From NCBI RefSeq assembly GCF_001447785.1, contig NW_015168044.1:595940-659939 (forward strand): a stretch of DNA of 64,000 nucleotides, given 5' to 3'. The notes beneath the pieces are model-generated. The model did not search any database. It was not told the origin of the DNA and worked only from the letters and a program-made list of their open reading frames with translations. Below, one piece after another: positions 34,570-47,887 of the stretch (the stretch's first letter is position 1; each line of letters starts with the position of its first letter). Both the position numbers and the translations under genes were made by a program. Source of the DNA: Gekko japonicus (lineage: Eukaryota).

Positions 34570-34665
34570 CAGTGTATTTGAACAAGTGTGCCTTGCACAC
34601 GAAAGTTCATACCTTGAATAAGCCTTTGTTGGTCTTAAAGGAGCCACTGGATTCTAAATTTGTTC
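34570..34665 (+). mobile_element. Penelope pLTR fragment with minimal hammerhead fold
   Basis: GTAT-TTGAACA-A-GTGTGC ctt GCACAC-GAAAGTTC-ATAC..GGTCTTAAAGGAGCCACTGGA. Confidence 0.65.
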
Positions 34666-35246
34666 ATACAGAGCAGTGTTTCTGATCTAAGCAGCTGACC
34701 ATCCAAGAGCAGCTTGCTCCCACTGGTCGGCTGTTTTGGCAGCTTTTGCAGGGAGCAGGGGTTAAAAGCTCTGCTTTTTGCTTCCTATGAACTTCCACGA
34801 ACTGCCTTAAAAGTTTGTGGAGGTTTGTGGCCGGGCAGTAGTTTGCAAACCATGAACTGACCATGAACAAAGGCTTGCGAGCCGGTTCATGCCCGTCCCT
34901 AAAGTGGAAGCAAACCTGTGCATACATTTCTCTTGGCTGTTGTGGAAGCAGGAGGTGGTTCATGGCACTGTGCAGAGTAGCATGAGCGAAAATCATGGGG
35001 TTGGAGGTTTCTTGAATGGGATGAGAGGCCAGGCATTTTAAGCTTTCTTGTGCCTGGGGATGACCAAAGGGGCTGATGGCTATTGAGGAAGGTGGAACAT
35101 GGAAAGCAGTTAGGGAGGGGCACACCAGTAGCATTCTCCACTCACTCTGCTGAGATACTTGTTGTATTCCTTGCCTGTTTAAATAAGTGGTGTCGTGCCC
35201 CCCCCCCCCCCCCCCCCCATTTTCTCCTCATGTCTTCTTGGATCAG

Positions 35247-35417
35247 GAGGAGAGCCCAGATGGGAGGAAAGGCAGTTCGGATGAGGACTGTGAGAGAGAG
35301 CTTCACCTCCCTGAAACTCCAGAGACCTGCCTGCAAATGAACCTGGTCTATCAGGAAGTTATCGAGGAGAAGATCAAGGAGGTCAACATTCTGCTTTCCC
35401 AAAACAAAGAACAGCAG
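35247..35417 (+). CDS. SNAPC4: SNAPC4 exon
   Basis: LPETPETCLQMNLVYQEVIEEKIKEVNILLSQNKEQQ; AG/GT. Confidence 0.95.
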
Positions 35418-36299
35418 GTGAGCAAAGTTGAACCTGCTTTAATAATCTGTTGAAGTGTTTTAGTTGCTGGGAAGGGGAGAGGTGTACTGGAGAAAGCAGT
35501 GCTTGAATGCACCAGAGATACAAGGAGAATTTCAAGTTGGGAGCAGGAAGCACAGATGTGCTTTTGCCCCTTCTGTTAACTGTATCAAAAGGTTCTGTTG
35601 GTGACCACAAAGTGAACTGCAGTTATCAGGCGAGGGTGTTGGGCGTGTGATCCTTCTGCCCGTTTTTCTTGTACATTTGGATTTTAAAATGTAGAGTTCA
35701 AGTAGAATGTAGGAAAATAAGATCTGGGTTTTCCACCAGTAAAGGAAGATATCATTGAATGGGCTACACCTCCTGTTTGCCCTGCAGGTGGGGCATCTGC
35801 AAGTTAATTACAAAGACTTAGATATCTGGCTGGAGGCCCAACTGCTCCTTCCTTCAATGCTTCCTGCAGGTTAGGCCTACGTTCTTGGTTGCTTCTACTT
35901 GGCTGTCACTTTTAAATGCCAGAACATCTCAACCTTCTGCAGCCTTGTGGAGTCTGTAGACAGAGACCAGCAGTAGTCTGCTGTGCTGGTGGAGGCTGTT
36001 CTTTTGCAGAGGTTTCTTGCCCTGCTTTTGAAGCTGCTGCTGAGTCAGTGATGCCGCTCCACCTGAGGCTGCATTCAGGGTGGTTCCAATCCTGGGGTCT
36101 GGTTGTGCTACTCTTGGTCACAGAATGGGATGTTCACAGGGTCCTCTAGGTGCTACTGTGGGACCCATTTGAACCTCACAGGCGCACCCCTCTGTGAATT
36201 CTGACTTTCAAGAGAGCATTTCTCAGGGCCTTGTCTGCTGGGAAGGAGTTCTGCATTTTCCAAAGGGGACCTGTTGCTCCAAGAACCAATCTGGTGAAT

Positions 36300-37570
36300 T
36301 TTTAATGTCAGGGAGTTTAGTGGTTAGGCCACTCCTGAAAAAGCTATCCTTAGATCCTAGTGATCTGGCCGACTCCTGCCCAGTGTCGAACTTACCGTTC
36401 CTAGGAAAGGTAGTTGAGAGGGCAGTAACGGTGCAGCTCCAGGCTTTCTTGGATGAAACGACAACCTTGGATCCCTTCCAGTCCGGGTTCCGCCCTGGCC
36501 ATGGGGTGGAGATGGCTTTGGTCGCTCTCATGGATGGTCTCTGCAGGCAGCTGGATCAAGCCAGGTCAGTGCTGCTGACGTTGCTTGACTAATCAGAAGC
36601 GTCTGACATGGTTCATTATGACCCTTTGACCCACAGCCTCACCGGCATGGGGATTCGGGGGACAGCCTTACAGTGGTTTACCTCCCTTCTCCAAGGTCGA
36701 GTACGGGGGTGGCGCTAGGGGAGAGGGCTTCATCACAGTACCCATTGGTATGTGGAGTTCCTCAGGGGCTATCCTCACCCCAATCTTATTTAACATCTTT
36801 ATGCACCCCTTGCCCAGCTGGCGTGGGATCATGGGCTGGGTTGTCACCAGTGCGTGGATATGACACCCAGCTCTGTCTGCTGATGAGCAGCTGGCCAGGT
36901 GCCGCCCCAGGAAACCTGGCCAGGGGTTTGGAGGCCGTGGGTGATTGGTTAAAACAGAGCAGGCTGCAATTAAATCCAGCAAAGACGGAGGTCCTGTGGC
37001 TGGGGGGGGGGGAGCTGGGACGGGTTGTCAACTCTCCTCTTGATGGGGTGCCGTTGACAGCTGCACCATCTGTCAAGACTTTGGGACTCAGGAGCAAGCA
37101 ATCCTAGATGCCTCCCTTTCAGTGGAGGCCCAGGTCACTAAAGGGATTAAGCCTGCATTTTACCATCTTCACCAAGTTAAACGGTTGGCCCTGTACCTGT
37201 CACCCTCCGATCTGGCTATGGCGATCCATGCCATGGTCATCTCTAGGCTAGATTACCGTATCTTGCTCTACGTAGGGAATTAAGGTTGATCTGGAAAATG
37301 CAACTGGTCCGGAATGCAGCCGCGAGAGTTTTGACTGTAGCCAAGAGGCTACAGTTAGTTCTGGCCCCTCCCCCCTTGCTTCCCTTCTGTATTTGTTGTT
37401 TATTGCCCCTTCTTGTGAATTTTTATGCCATCTTAAATTTTATAGTAACTGCCTTTTTTATTTTTGTATTTATTGTTTTTTTAAAAAATGTTTTTAATTG
37501 TATATGTATAAATTGTCACCCGCTCTGAGCCAGTTCTGGGGAGAGCGGGTTGTAAATCAAATAAATAAAT
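36300..37570 (+). mobile_element. L2 LINE fragment (RT to 3' tail)
   Basis: PVSNLPFLGKVVER..LDPFQSGFRPGHG; GVPQG; LNPAKTE; (AATA)n tail. Confidence 0.85.
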
Positions 37571-37799
37571 AAAAGGGTTTTTTCTTCATGTCTCATGTTT
37601 TAGTAGCTTGGCACATACTAGGGATCTATCTTCAGCCAGATAATAAAGTCTTTGTGATTCATTTGCACATGCCCTGGTTTTGGAGGCCTAAGCCATTCGA
37701 CGATACACTGGATCCGATTTTTGGGTTGGGGATACATGTGGATCTGATGACTATGGATATAGTCCCATGGTCTGTCCACTTTGCCCTGAAGGTCCAGCA

Positions 37800-39470
37800 G
37801 ACCATACCTACCCTGTGTAGACGGTGAGCGTATTTATGCTCGCCCGCGAAGTCAAATGGACCCTAGTCGGCTTCAGGAAGCTCTGCTGATCCAATGCCCC
37901 CTGGGACCTCATTAGATGAGCTGGTGGAGGACTGGGATAACCAGCTCTCTGAAGCCATTGACGAGATTGCCTCCCAGCGCCCTTTGCACCCCTGCACCAA
38001 AGCAGCACCGCTGTATACCATGGAGCTGCGGAGGACAAAGTGGGAGCTAAGACAGCTAGAGCAAAGGTGACGGCGTGCTCGTGACAAAGTGTCACAAACA
38101 TTGTATAGGATGTTTATGAAGGCCTATGGCAGTGAAGGCTACAAAAAAGGATTTCTGTGCGGCCTCCATTGTGTCTGCAAGCTCGTGCCCAGCCCAGTTG
38201 TTTAGAGTTATTCGGTCTATTACGACTCTGCCACAGGGCAGACTAAATAGTAGGGAATTGGCTATTGGCCGTGAGGCATTTGCGAACTATTTTGCAGATA
38301 AGATCGTGACTCTCCGTCACAATTGAGACAGTAAAGGAACTGGAAGCCCCCTGTCCATCTTCTGGTCCAATATTGGACCACTTTGATCGACTCTCCTGGG
38401 AGGAAGTTGACAGGATCCTGGCAGCAGTGAGGCCCACTACCTGCCTCCTTGACCCAGGCCCTTCCTGGCTAGTGAAATCTTGTGGGGGGGAGAGCATTTG
38501 AGCTCCTCTGGGAGAAATGATCAACTTGTCCCTTTCTACTGGGACTTTCCCAGAAGCTTTGAAGGAGGAGGTGGTGGTTCGGCCACTCTTGAAAGCCATC
38601 ACTGGACCTGACGGTCCTGACCATCCACCACCCAGTATTGAATTTACCATTCCTGGGCAAGGTGCTTGAGAGAGCGGTGGCCTTCCTGGATGACACTTCC
38701 ATCCTTGACTCCTTCCAGTCCGGCTTCTGCCCTGGCCACGGGATGGAGACGACTCTGGTTTCCCTCACAAATGACCTCCGTAGACATCTGGACCGAGTTG
38801 TTATTAGACCTAACAGCAGTGTTTGACATGGTTGACGACGATCGTATGACCCATCGCCTCACCAACATTAGGAGTTCAGGGGACTGCCTTGAAATGGTTT
38901 TCCTCCTTTCTCCATGGTCAGGGACAGAGGGTGGCACTTGGTGAGAGGGTCTCCCTGCAGTACCCACTAGAATGTGGAGTGCTGCAGGGGGCGATCCTCT
39001 CGCCATTGTTATTTAACATCTATATGCGCCCCCTCGCCCAGTTAGTCTGAAATTATGGCCTGGGCTGTCACCAGTATGCTGACAACACCCAGCTCTGTCT
39101 GTTAATGGACAGCCATCCGTCTTCTGCTCCCGGAAAGCTGGCTGAGGCGTTGGAAGCTGTGGCTGGATGGTTGCAGCAGGGTCGATTGAAGTTAAATCCA
39201 TTGAATCCTGTACCTGGGTAAAGAGGGCACAGATGTGGGCACCAGGCTCCCTACACTGGAAGGGGGCACCTTTGGTGCCAGCCCAGGCAGTGAGGAGCCT
39301 GGGAGTAACTCTGGGTGCCTCTCTGCCCATGGAGGCCCAGGTTGCCGCAGTTGCCAGATCTGCATTCCTCCATCTTAGGCCGATCAGGCTACTGAAGGCC
39401 CCCCCCCCCCCCGGGACTTAGCTACAGTGACTCATGCAGTGGTCCCTTCCAGGCTTGATTACTGCAACCT
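37800..39470 (+). mobile_element. L2 LINE fragment
   Basis: NLPFLGKVLER..DSFQSGFCPGHGMET; SLGVTL..MEAQVAAVARSAF. Confidence 0.8.
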
Positions 39471-39569
39471 TGTCCACATGTTTGTTCACCCCCTCAAAGA
39501 ACACTAACAGGTTAGTGAGACATTACAGAAACCGGTCTGTATTAATGGGTCGGAGCTTTCACCGGTAGC

Positions 39570-40310
39570 TATATCAGTCAATTGGTTTATTATAGTCAAA
39601 GACTGAACAAATAACATTTCATAACTAATCTATAATACGTCCAAATGTAACCAAATATCAAAATATGGCGTTCAAAGCAGACACAGCTTAAAACCTGGAT
39701 ATACAAATTCCAATACCAAATCTAAAATTTTAGACCTAAAATTAATAAAATGATTAGATATTTTTGTTTAGCAGCTTTTTCCGGAGTCTTATAGCTTGAA
39801 TAGTAAATGTTGCCACTTTTAAAGAAATTTCTTGGTCCATATAAGCTAAAAGCTTATCTAAATAAAATCTGGAATCCCTCCCTGGGAACTGGCTACAAAT
39901 CAGTGATATATAGACCGAATATTCTGATAAAGTTTACACTTGAGTAGTACATGTTCCCTTGTCTCTATCTTACTCTCCCCGCAGATACAGTCTTTCATCA
40001 TATGGCCGCTTTTTGTATCGGCCCTGTGTAACCACTGAGGGCAGCATATCCACTCTCATAAGAGTAAATGCTCTTCTATAGTCAGCTTTATCGAGATTCT
40101 GAAGGTATGGCATCATTACAACTTGATTTAATTTCTCCATGCCTGGAAGATAGGATTTAATCTGCAATAGGTCATGCTGTCTCTCAATATCCAAAATTCT
40201 TTGTTTTAAAAACAGTTTGATGAAACTATAGTCCATCTGCGTCAAAAAGTGTTTAGAGAGACCATCAAAACCCAATTTGAGCTCTGTTTCTTTAACCCAA
40301 AATTGTGTTG
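39570..40310 (-). mobile_element. RTE-X-like LINE 3' fragment
   Basis: KQRILDIERQ..RRAFTLMRVDMLPS..GRY..ER. Confidence 0.65.
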
Positions 40311-40728
40311 TGGAGACTGGGCTTTACAACCTCACTGAACAATTTATACGCTCCTTGGGATATTTACAGGCCAAATCAGTTATAAGGCAATATAATCTTG
40401 CCGCGCCATGGCCTTATTGCTAATGGACCTGGCATTGCGCAACATCCGTGTCAAAGAGGGGTCTATCCTCCTAGCCCTCACTTTTTGTGCCATTAGTGCC
40501 AGGAAATGGGAGTGGTGGGCTTGCCACTGAAGATGGACACAGTTCTTCAAAAACTGCAGCCCAGCCAAGTGAGCAAGCAGCAGCTTGTCTAGCAGGGGTT
40601 AATTTGTGTGTGATTTTCCCTTTGGGGTGTAGTTGGAGTGGGTGACCTTCAAGTGTTCTCTGATTCTCTTCCAAGCCGGCTTTTGATGTGCCGTGTTGAT
40701 GTTCTCTTCCCTTTTTTGTCCATGGTAG

Positions 40729-40854
40729 GAAAAGCTCACCAGGGAGCTTGCTGGGCCCAGAGTGGCAAAGACCAGTGATGGAAAGGCCATGCCAGCAAAT
40801 GTGTTCCTGGGCCATTTCATGAAGCCATATTTCAAGGATCAGACGTCAGGAATC
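40729..40854 (+). CDS. SNAPC4: SNAPC4 exon
   Basis: EKLTRELAG..DGKAMPANVFLGHFMKPYFKD; tag/gtaagt. Confidence 0.95.
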
Positions 40855-41177
40855 GTAAGTATAAGTGGTGGGATACAGGCCGGCGTGGAGCTGTTGCCTC
40901 GAGAGCTGGGCATCGTCCTTGGCTTGCAGCCTGCTTGTTTGCATCAGGATTAGGAAGACGCTTTTCAGGCAGGCTCTAATTGCCCCCAGGTGCTATTTCC
41001 TTAGCCCCCCTGGCCAGTGCTGATTTTGGCTCTTCCAGACTCTGGATCCGTGGCTGCCACTAAGCTATCAGTGAATGTCTGATTACAAACAGGCACACTT
41101 AAAGAGGTGGGGATCATTTTGTGGCCGGAATGGTCCCCCAGAGCTGAGAACTGTGATGGAGTCGAATTGTGTGGTTT

Positions 41178-41644
41178 AAGAACATAAGAACATAAGAGAC
41201 ACCAATGTTGGATCAGGCCAAAGGCCCATCCAGTCCAACACTCTGTGTCACACAGTGGCCAGAAATACCAGTGTCATCAGGAGGTCCAGCAGTGGGGCCA
41301 GGACATTAGAAGCCCTCCCCCTGTTGACCCCCCCCCCCCAAGCACCAAGAAGACAGAGCATCACTTGCCCCAGAGCCCCTAGCTATACCTTGTGGCTAAT
41401 AGCCACTGATGGACCTCTGCTCCATATGCTTATCTCATTCCCTTTTGAAGCCGTCCATGCTTGTAGCACCCACCACTTCCTGTGGCAGTGAATTCCATGT
41501 GTGAATCACTCTTTGGGTGAAGAAGTACTTCCTTTTATCCGTTCTAACCCGACCGCTCTGCAGTTTCATGGAGTGCCCACGAGTTCTTGGATTGTGAGAA
41601 AGGGAGAAAAGTACCTCTTTCTTTACCTGCTCTTTCCCATGCAT
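41178..41644 (-). mobile_element. CR1 3' fragment (same young family)
   Basis: (TTCTTATG)n tail; near-identical to 12049-12505. Confidence 0.95.
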
Positions 41645-41681
41645 GTGGTTTGTCTGATTCTTTCCCCCACCCCACTCCCAG

Positions 41682-41760
41682 GGTCCTCCTGCCAACAGCG
41701 ATGCCCGAGAAAAAGCGATGCGAGGCATAAAACCTTTTGAGGATCTGATCACTACAAAAT
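41682..41760 (+). CDS. SNAPC4: SNAPC4 exon
   Basis: GPPANSDAREKAMRGIKPFEDLITTK. Confidence 0.95.
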
Positions 41761-41970
41761 GTAAGGGGGGCTCTGGGGTTCTCAGCAGTTCAGTTGGTGA
41801 GGGGTGGGCCCTTGCGTGGTGGAGCACGCAGGGACCAAGTTCCTTTGGGACTGCTAATGGACAGTGGTCTTCCTGAAAGCCTCCAGTTGCACCTTAACTG
41901 GGGCTTCCCCACTGGAAGGGGTGCTTGACCGGGTGACTTCTGTAAGCCATCCCTGTTCTTTCTTCCCCAG

Positions 41971-42052
41971 GGAAGAGCCGAGAGAAGCTGTTGCTCCATC
42001 AGTCTGTGGTCAGTGATCATTTGCAGCATCTCCTTCAACCAAAACTTTTGAA
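41971..42052 (+). CDS. SNAPC4: SNAPC4 exon
   Basis: WKSREKLLLHQSVVSDHLQHLLQPKLLK. Confidence 0.95.
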
Positions 42053-42606
42053 GTAAGTATGGATCCTGCCAAAACGTTCTCAGTTTAGGAATCAGGAGAG
42101 GAGTCACACCAATTGTGTCCAAATCTTGGAAGACTTTCCCTTCTAGACTGTGCACCTGGCTTATTGGTCTAAGGCAAAAGGGAGTCAGTGCCCTTCCCTG
42201 AAGAGCCAGCTGTCTGACACTGTGGAGAGAACAGGAACGAGGGAGGAGATGGACAACAGCAGCAAGGAATAGACGCCTGAGAATAAAGGGGCCCAGATGT
42301 GCCCTTTGGGGCTGTGCTCCCCCACTGAGCTGTGGCCCTTTTGCCATTCCAAAAGTGTCCAGAGTCCAGGGGAACCCCTCAGTTGGGTGGCACTGTCCCT
42401 GGCCTAAGACCTCTTCCACCCTGTCCGGCAGGTTCACCGAGGGCTCTTAGTGCAGAGCTCTGGAGGCCAGGCAGTGCTGCCTTCCTGGCCCTCAGCAAAT
42501 CTCTGCAGTGCCGCAAGCCGCTGCCTGGAGTTTGGGACTGTGGGAGTGAGCGGAATCTGCTCTCTTGTTTGCGCCTGGAGTTGTTCACAGCGATGTTTCT
42601 GCACAG

Positions 42607-42711
42607 GGTTGAGTATCTGACTGACAAGCTGGCAAGATCCCGGGATGAGATGGAAAAGCAGATCTTGACAAAGCAAATCCAAGAAGTCGAGCGTGAAATG
42701 AACAACATCGA
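42607..42711 (+). CDS. SNAPC4: SNAPC4 exon
   Basis: VEYLTDKLARSRDEMEKQILTKQIQEVEREMNNI. Confidence 0.93.
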
Positions 42712-43574
42712 GTAAGCAGGAATGGCCTTTGCTCAGAGGAAGCACGTGGGAGCTGAGGGGCTGTGCTTGTGCTTTTCCAAAAAAACCAAGCTGTTTCTGG
42801 CGGTGCTTGATCCCGCAAGGTTTACAGCCCTTTGACTGCTGAACAGGCCGTGAAATGGCAGCTGGGAGAATGCAGTGGCCGTCTAACTGTTGGGCAGCTA
42901 CCTCAGTTCCAACCCTTAGTGTGCCCCAGTCAGGCCAGGGACCTCCGAGCATGTAAGCGAAGCCCTGGAGAGTCATTGTCAGCTGTTCCTTCCCATTCCC
43001 CACTGAGCCGGCCCCCAGGAGGGCATGTTGGACATGGCTCCAAGTACCCAACGTTTCTTTCTAACTGGGGACCAGTATTTGACGTTTCAAGGCAATGGGG
43101 TGCATTGAGCTTTGTCTCTTGGCGCTGTTCAAGGAAGAAGGCTAATAATCTGTAGCTGTTCACATCGGCAGTAATGCTGGTTGCAAGTGGATTAGAGTCT
43201 TGAGTGAAGCTCCGTGGTAATGTTACCATGTAGTTTTTGAAAGCAAAGGTCCAATGAAACCCAGTTCCTTGAAATTTTCCAGCCTTAAAGGCTGTCTTGG
43301 TGATAATTTGGCTATATAAGTGATATATTTCAGTGCTAAGGGTTCATTAAAAACAGACATACATTTTTTAAAAGCAGGTCTTTGCAATTGTGATCTGTCA
43401 TTTCATGAAAACCACCACTTACTCTTCATAGCCCGTTTGTGGTGTCCTGTTTAGCTCTGCTTTTGTGCCATTTCTGCATTCAGAAGAAGACTGTTAGAAT
43501 AGTGGTTTGGTGCAAGAGCATCATGCTCCCCCAAGAGATGTAACTCTGCCCTCTCCTCCTCCCACCCTTTCTAG

Positions 43575-43647
43575 ACAGCTGCCAGAGGAGGTTTTGCTGG
43601 GAAACAGACTCGATAAGCATGACTGGGACAAGATTGCCAATGTCAAC
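43575..43647 (+). CDS. SNAPC4: SNAPC4 exon (Myb half-repeat)
   Basis: QLPEEVLLGNRLDKHDWDKIANVN. Confidence 0.95.
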
Positions 43648-43739
43648 GTGAGTAGCCCAGGAGGTGGCGGTCTTGCCCGGACCTCCTCTGTGGAAAGGGG
43701 GGAACACATGCGAGTCCTCCTTGCTCGTGGTTGTTCTGG

Positions 43740-44190
43740 GTATTTATTTATTTATTTATTTTATTTTATTTTATTACATTTATATCCCGCCCTCCCCGCA
43801 CGCGGGCTCAGGGCGGCTTACAGTACACAGGTGTAATACTACACCATAGTTACACAATAAAGCACGCAGTGCAATAAAGTACAGTTAAAACATTTAAAAC
43901 ATTATCAGACGACTAAAATACAATGGGCAACTCCCAAGGATCCAGCGCGATTAAAACACTCCCTCCCTATTGCACATCCTATTAAGTTAAGAAAAAGAGG
44001 GGGGGGGATAGTATGACCCCGATGTTCAATGGCCAATCAGCCTAACCTGGCGGTACTACTCTGCAGGCCCTGATTGGTGGTAGTGGTAGCGGCGGCAGCT
44101 CCTATTCAAAAGCCTGGTGGAAGAGCTCCGTCTTACAGGCCCTGCGGAACTGTAACAGGTCCCGCAGGGCCTTGATCTCCTCTGGGAGCT
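43740..44190 (-). mobile_element. L2-type LINE 3' end
   Basis: (TTTA)n tail; minus ELPEEIKALRDLLQFRRACKTELFHQAF. Confidence 0.7.
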
Positions 44191-44376
44191 CTTCTTCCTA
44201 CTTCTTTGTCCTTTTTGTTCTAGTTATGTTCAAAGACCATGCAGAGCTTTGTCAGCAGCTGTTGCCTAGGCCATGGAGAAAAGGTATGCCGGACCCTGGC
44301 CATGTAGGGTATGGAGAGAGGGAGAGAGAGAGCAAATGCTTTTTCCCTCGCTTCACCCTCTCTGATGTGCTTCTAG

Positions 44377-44541
44377 TTTGAAGGAATGCGCAGTGCAAAA
44401 GAGCTGCAGAAATACTGGCAGAATTCTGAACATCCCAGCATCAACAAGACAGAGTGGAGTGAGGAAGAGATCGAGAAACTCAAAGGAATTGCTGCCAGAC
44501 ACAAGTGCCTCAACTGGGACACGATCGCCCAGGAGCTGGGG
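44377..44541 (+). CDS. SNAPC4: SNAPC4 exon (Myb repeat)
   Basis: FEGMRSAKELQKYWQNSEHPSINKTEWSEEEIEKL..WDTIAQELG. Confidence 0.96.
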
Positions 44542-45094
44542 GTAAGGGCGTGGCTGAGGCGGAATCACTTGGCTGGGCGCTTGGAAGCTGACGTGGCCGT
44601 TGGGAAAAGGCGGGCTGCTCAGTTTAAGAGGATTTCCAGCACAAAGGTCTCTTGGGCTGCGGCAGAACGGCGAGGTTTGAGCCCAGTGGCGCCTGAGAGA
44701 CCAGCAAGAGCTTCAGGGTCTCGGCTTGCGAGAGTCAAGTTCCCACTGTCGGGCCTCTGATGAAAGGAGCTTTGACTTAACATTGCTGGTCTCTAAGGTT
44801 TTGCCGGACTCTCATCTAAATATAAAGGGCCGCGTGGAGTGTGGACATGCTTCGGCAGCTACTGCTGACTGTGTGACTGGAGCTACGCTGTGGCAGCAGT
44901 TTGGGGGATGGCTTTGCCTCCTGCAGCCAGCAGCCATTTTATTAAAATTCCAAAGGCAGCCACTGGCCCAAAAAGGTTGGTTGTGCTACAGCAAAGCTCG
45001 GTCTGCATAGATGCCGTGTGTTCGGTTGATGTCTCTTGCACCACCCTGCTGTCACCTGAACAGCTGTCTCTTCGGCCACCTCCCTCCTCCACAG

Positions 45095-45242
45095 ACGCAG
45101 CGAACTGCCTTCCAGTGCCTGCAGAAGTTTCAGGTGAACAACAAAGAATTCAGGCGGAGTGAGTGGGCCCCAGAAGAGGACCGGATGCTCTCGCAGCTGG
45201 TGCAAGAAATGCGGGTGGGGAACCACATCCCATACCGGAAAA
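45095..45242 (+). CDS. SNAPC4: SNAPC4 exon (Myb repeat)
   Basis: TQRTAFQCLQKFQ..EWAPEEDRMLSQLVQEMRVGNHIPYRK. Confidence 0.96.
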
Positions 45243-47136
45243 GTAAGCTGCCCCTGCCCCCAAGAGGTTCCGTTTAGTACCATTGCAGCACACACGCCCC
45301 TTCCCAAATCCCAACCTCTGTGTTTGTACTTGTATCCTTCCCTTTTATGCTCTCAGGGTCTAGAAGGAGCTCTCTTCCTGGCCTCTGTGTTGAAGACTTT
45401 TCAGCTTCTTTAGGGGTCCCTTCCCTGTGGCGTGTGGCTTGTCCTGCTTGAGTCGTCTGGTTCAGCTGCCTGATGCCGTGTCCCCACGGGGTCCTCTCCA
45501 GTTGCAGGGCATGTGGGTGCCTCAAGAGCCTGTCTGGTTCTTGAGGCTTAAATCTCTTTGTTCCTTAAAGTCATATTAAGGTGGCTGATATTGGTGAGGG
45601 TTTGGTCCTTTAAAAAAAAGAAAAAGTAAGCCCCCCTTCCTGATCACACCCAAGGGTAGGTGTGGTTCCGAGTTGTGCTTCCAGCAGCCGCAACCAGTGG
45701 TAAAAATATGAAGGCCTCGGTGGGGGGGGAATGAAATGTTTGGGGAAAGAATATGTTTTTTTTTTTAAAAAAAATTCTGATAAACTTGGGGGACCACTGA
45801 GAAAACCCCTCCTGTGGAATATTTTCTCTTTTAGAATTACTAAAATGTTTCTCAAGGCAGGGCTCGGCAAGTCCCAGGCGCCCAGTTGCTATGACACCTA
45901 GAAGTTTCACTGCCTTACCTGGTATTGTTGTGTCTCTCAGTGAGAAATGAAAAACTTATTTATCATTTCACATGACAATATATCTTGTTGTATAGCATAA
46001 AAATGAAGGTCTCTTGGTTGGTTGCTTGTTTCTTTACCTGTTCACCATGCAGTGGTGGTGGATGAATTGATTTCTTCAACAGTTGCTTTCTATACTGGCT
46101 CCAGCATTCAATTAAAAGTAGCTTTTAAAGCAATAATAGAATTATCAAAAATAAAGGAGAAGTTGGGCTAGCTAGTTAGTTTAGGTTTTTGCTGCAGCGT
46201 TGGCAGCTAGGGCTATCCCTGTATTTATTTATGTGCCACAGTTTTGTCACTGCTACAATAAAATTATGAGAAACTGAAGAGGCTAGGGTTACTACAAATA
46301 ATTAGAACAACTGGTAATTAATATATGAAACTGAAAACTGAAAGGCTCCAATTTTGGAGCTGGAGTTTACATCCAAAGAAGATTTGTCGAGGCCTTTCTT
46401 AAGACAAAGTTTTTCACTCTTGAAAGCATGAAAAAATTGAGTACTTTTTAAGTGGAAAAATTGGGGAACTTGGGGGAGCACTATGGTTTACTACAGAATT
46501 TCTTTTCTACCGTCAACTTTTTTTCTACCGTCAACCTCTAAGATGGCAAAAAGATACATGTCCTGTGGTAGCATAGGGTGGAGCAATTTGTAGCTCTTAA
46601 GTATTGGGTATATGTACAGTTTTGTGTGTGGAAAACAAAGCTATTTATACTGTGAAATTCCATAAATATGCTGATAGTACTGTTTTTACATACTAAGTTA
46701 TAAATGATTCAAATAATGTTACAAATAACGTTGTTAAATCAGTAAGTAGTAGTAGAATTTATTACCATTGCTAGACCAGCCACATATATATAGTTATAAT
46801 AGTAGGTTAAATCAGTAAAAGAGGTTTAAGTTTAATAGGCAATTTTGTTTTCGCGGGGGGGGGGGGGGGGGTGGGGTTGCGTGGCTTCAGAATCTCCAGA
46901 AAGGTTGCCTCTCTGGTCAGTGCTGGAGTGGGGAAGACACAAGCCCTTGGGCGGTGGCTTGAGGGTTGACCTTTGAAGCGGAGGTTCACAAGGGAGCGAG
47001 TTGTGCTCGGGTCATTTGCACGTAAAGGGCTGGCTCTGCAGGCATTGTGCTGTTCGAGCTGCACTTGGCACTTGTGTGTGGGAAGAGTCTCCCGGGCCAG
47101 GAAACGAGTGAGTTGAACGTTCTCTGTAATCCACAG

Positions 47137-47243
47137 TTGCCTACTACATGGAAGGGAGGGATTCTGCCCAGCTGATCTATCGGTGGACCAAGCGACTGGA
47201 TCCCAGCTTGAGGCACGGATCCTGGACCCCAGAGGAAGATGCT
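47137..47243 (+). CDS. SNAPC4: SNAPC4 exon (Myb repeat)
   Basis: IAYYMEGRDSAQLIYRWTKRLDPSLRHGSWTPEEDA. Confidence 0.96.
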
Positions 47244-47279
47244 GTAAGGAAGGGCTGTTTACTGCTGCTGTTGACTAGT

Positions 47280-47887
47280 TGTAGGATAGTCTGCTTTCCG
47301 GGGCAGATTGTGGGGAACCGGGTTGGGCTGGGCCGAGAGGCGGGAGTCAGGTCCGGTCCAAGGTCATTGCCAGGAGAGTCAGAGCGATAGCCGAATCGTA
47401 AGTCCGAGAGAGGGGCCAGGAAGCCAGGAATCCGAACACGAGTGGGGTCTGAGAACAGGAGCCGAAGTGGATGCGAGGTTCGCACGGAGGCGACTCATGG
47501 CTTCCATAGAGAGCCCAGTCCCAAGTGGGAGCGATATAGGCCTCCGGCTCTGCTTCCCTTGGCGGCGGCCCCTCTCCTGCTCGCACTCAGGACTTGGTGC
47601 TCGCCTTCCCTGCCAGCGTGCGTATTGGCAGTGGGTGGCTAACTCCTTGTGGAGCCGTTCCCTCAGCCGAACCACCCACGGAGGTGAGTCAGGTGGGCTT
47701 CCCGGTTGCATCTGTACCTCCTCAGCTGCTGCAGGGGCGGGGGCTACAGGCTTGGGCACTGGCGGCAGCACACTGTCAACTCCCAAGTAGTCAACGGGAC
47801 TGGCTTCTGGCTCTGACAATGCCGGTGCCTCTGGCTGTGCTACCAACTCAGGTGGGGGCCCGGTGTGGTTGTTGTCGCCCTTGACAG
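47280..47887 (-). mobile_element. Possible LTR (Gypsy-like) fragment
   Basis: TGT...ACA ends, CpG-rich, AGTC-repeat texture like 59562-60233; no TSD found. Confidence 0.4.
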
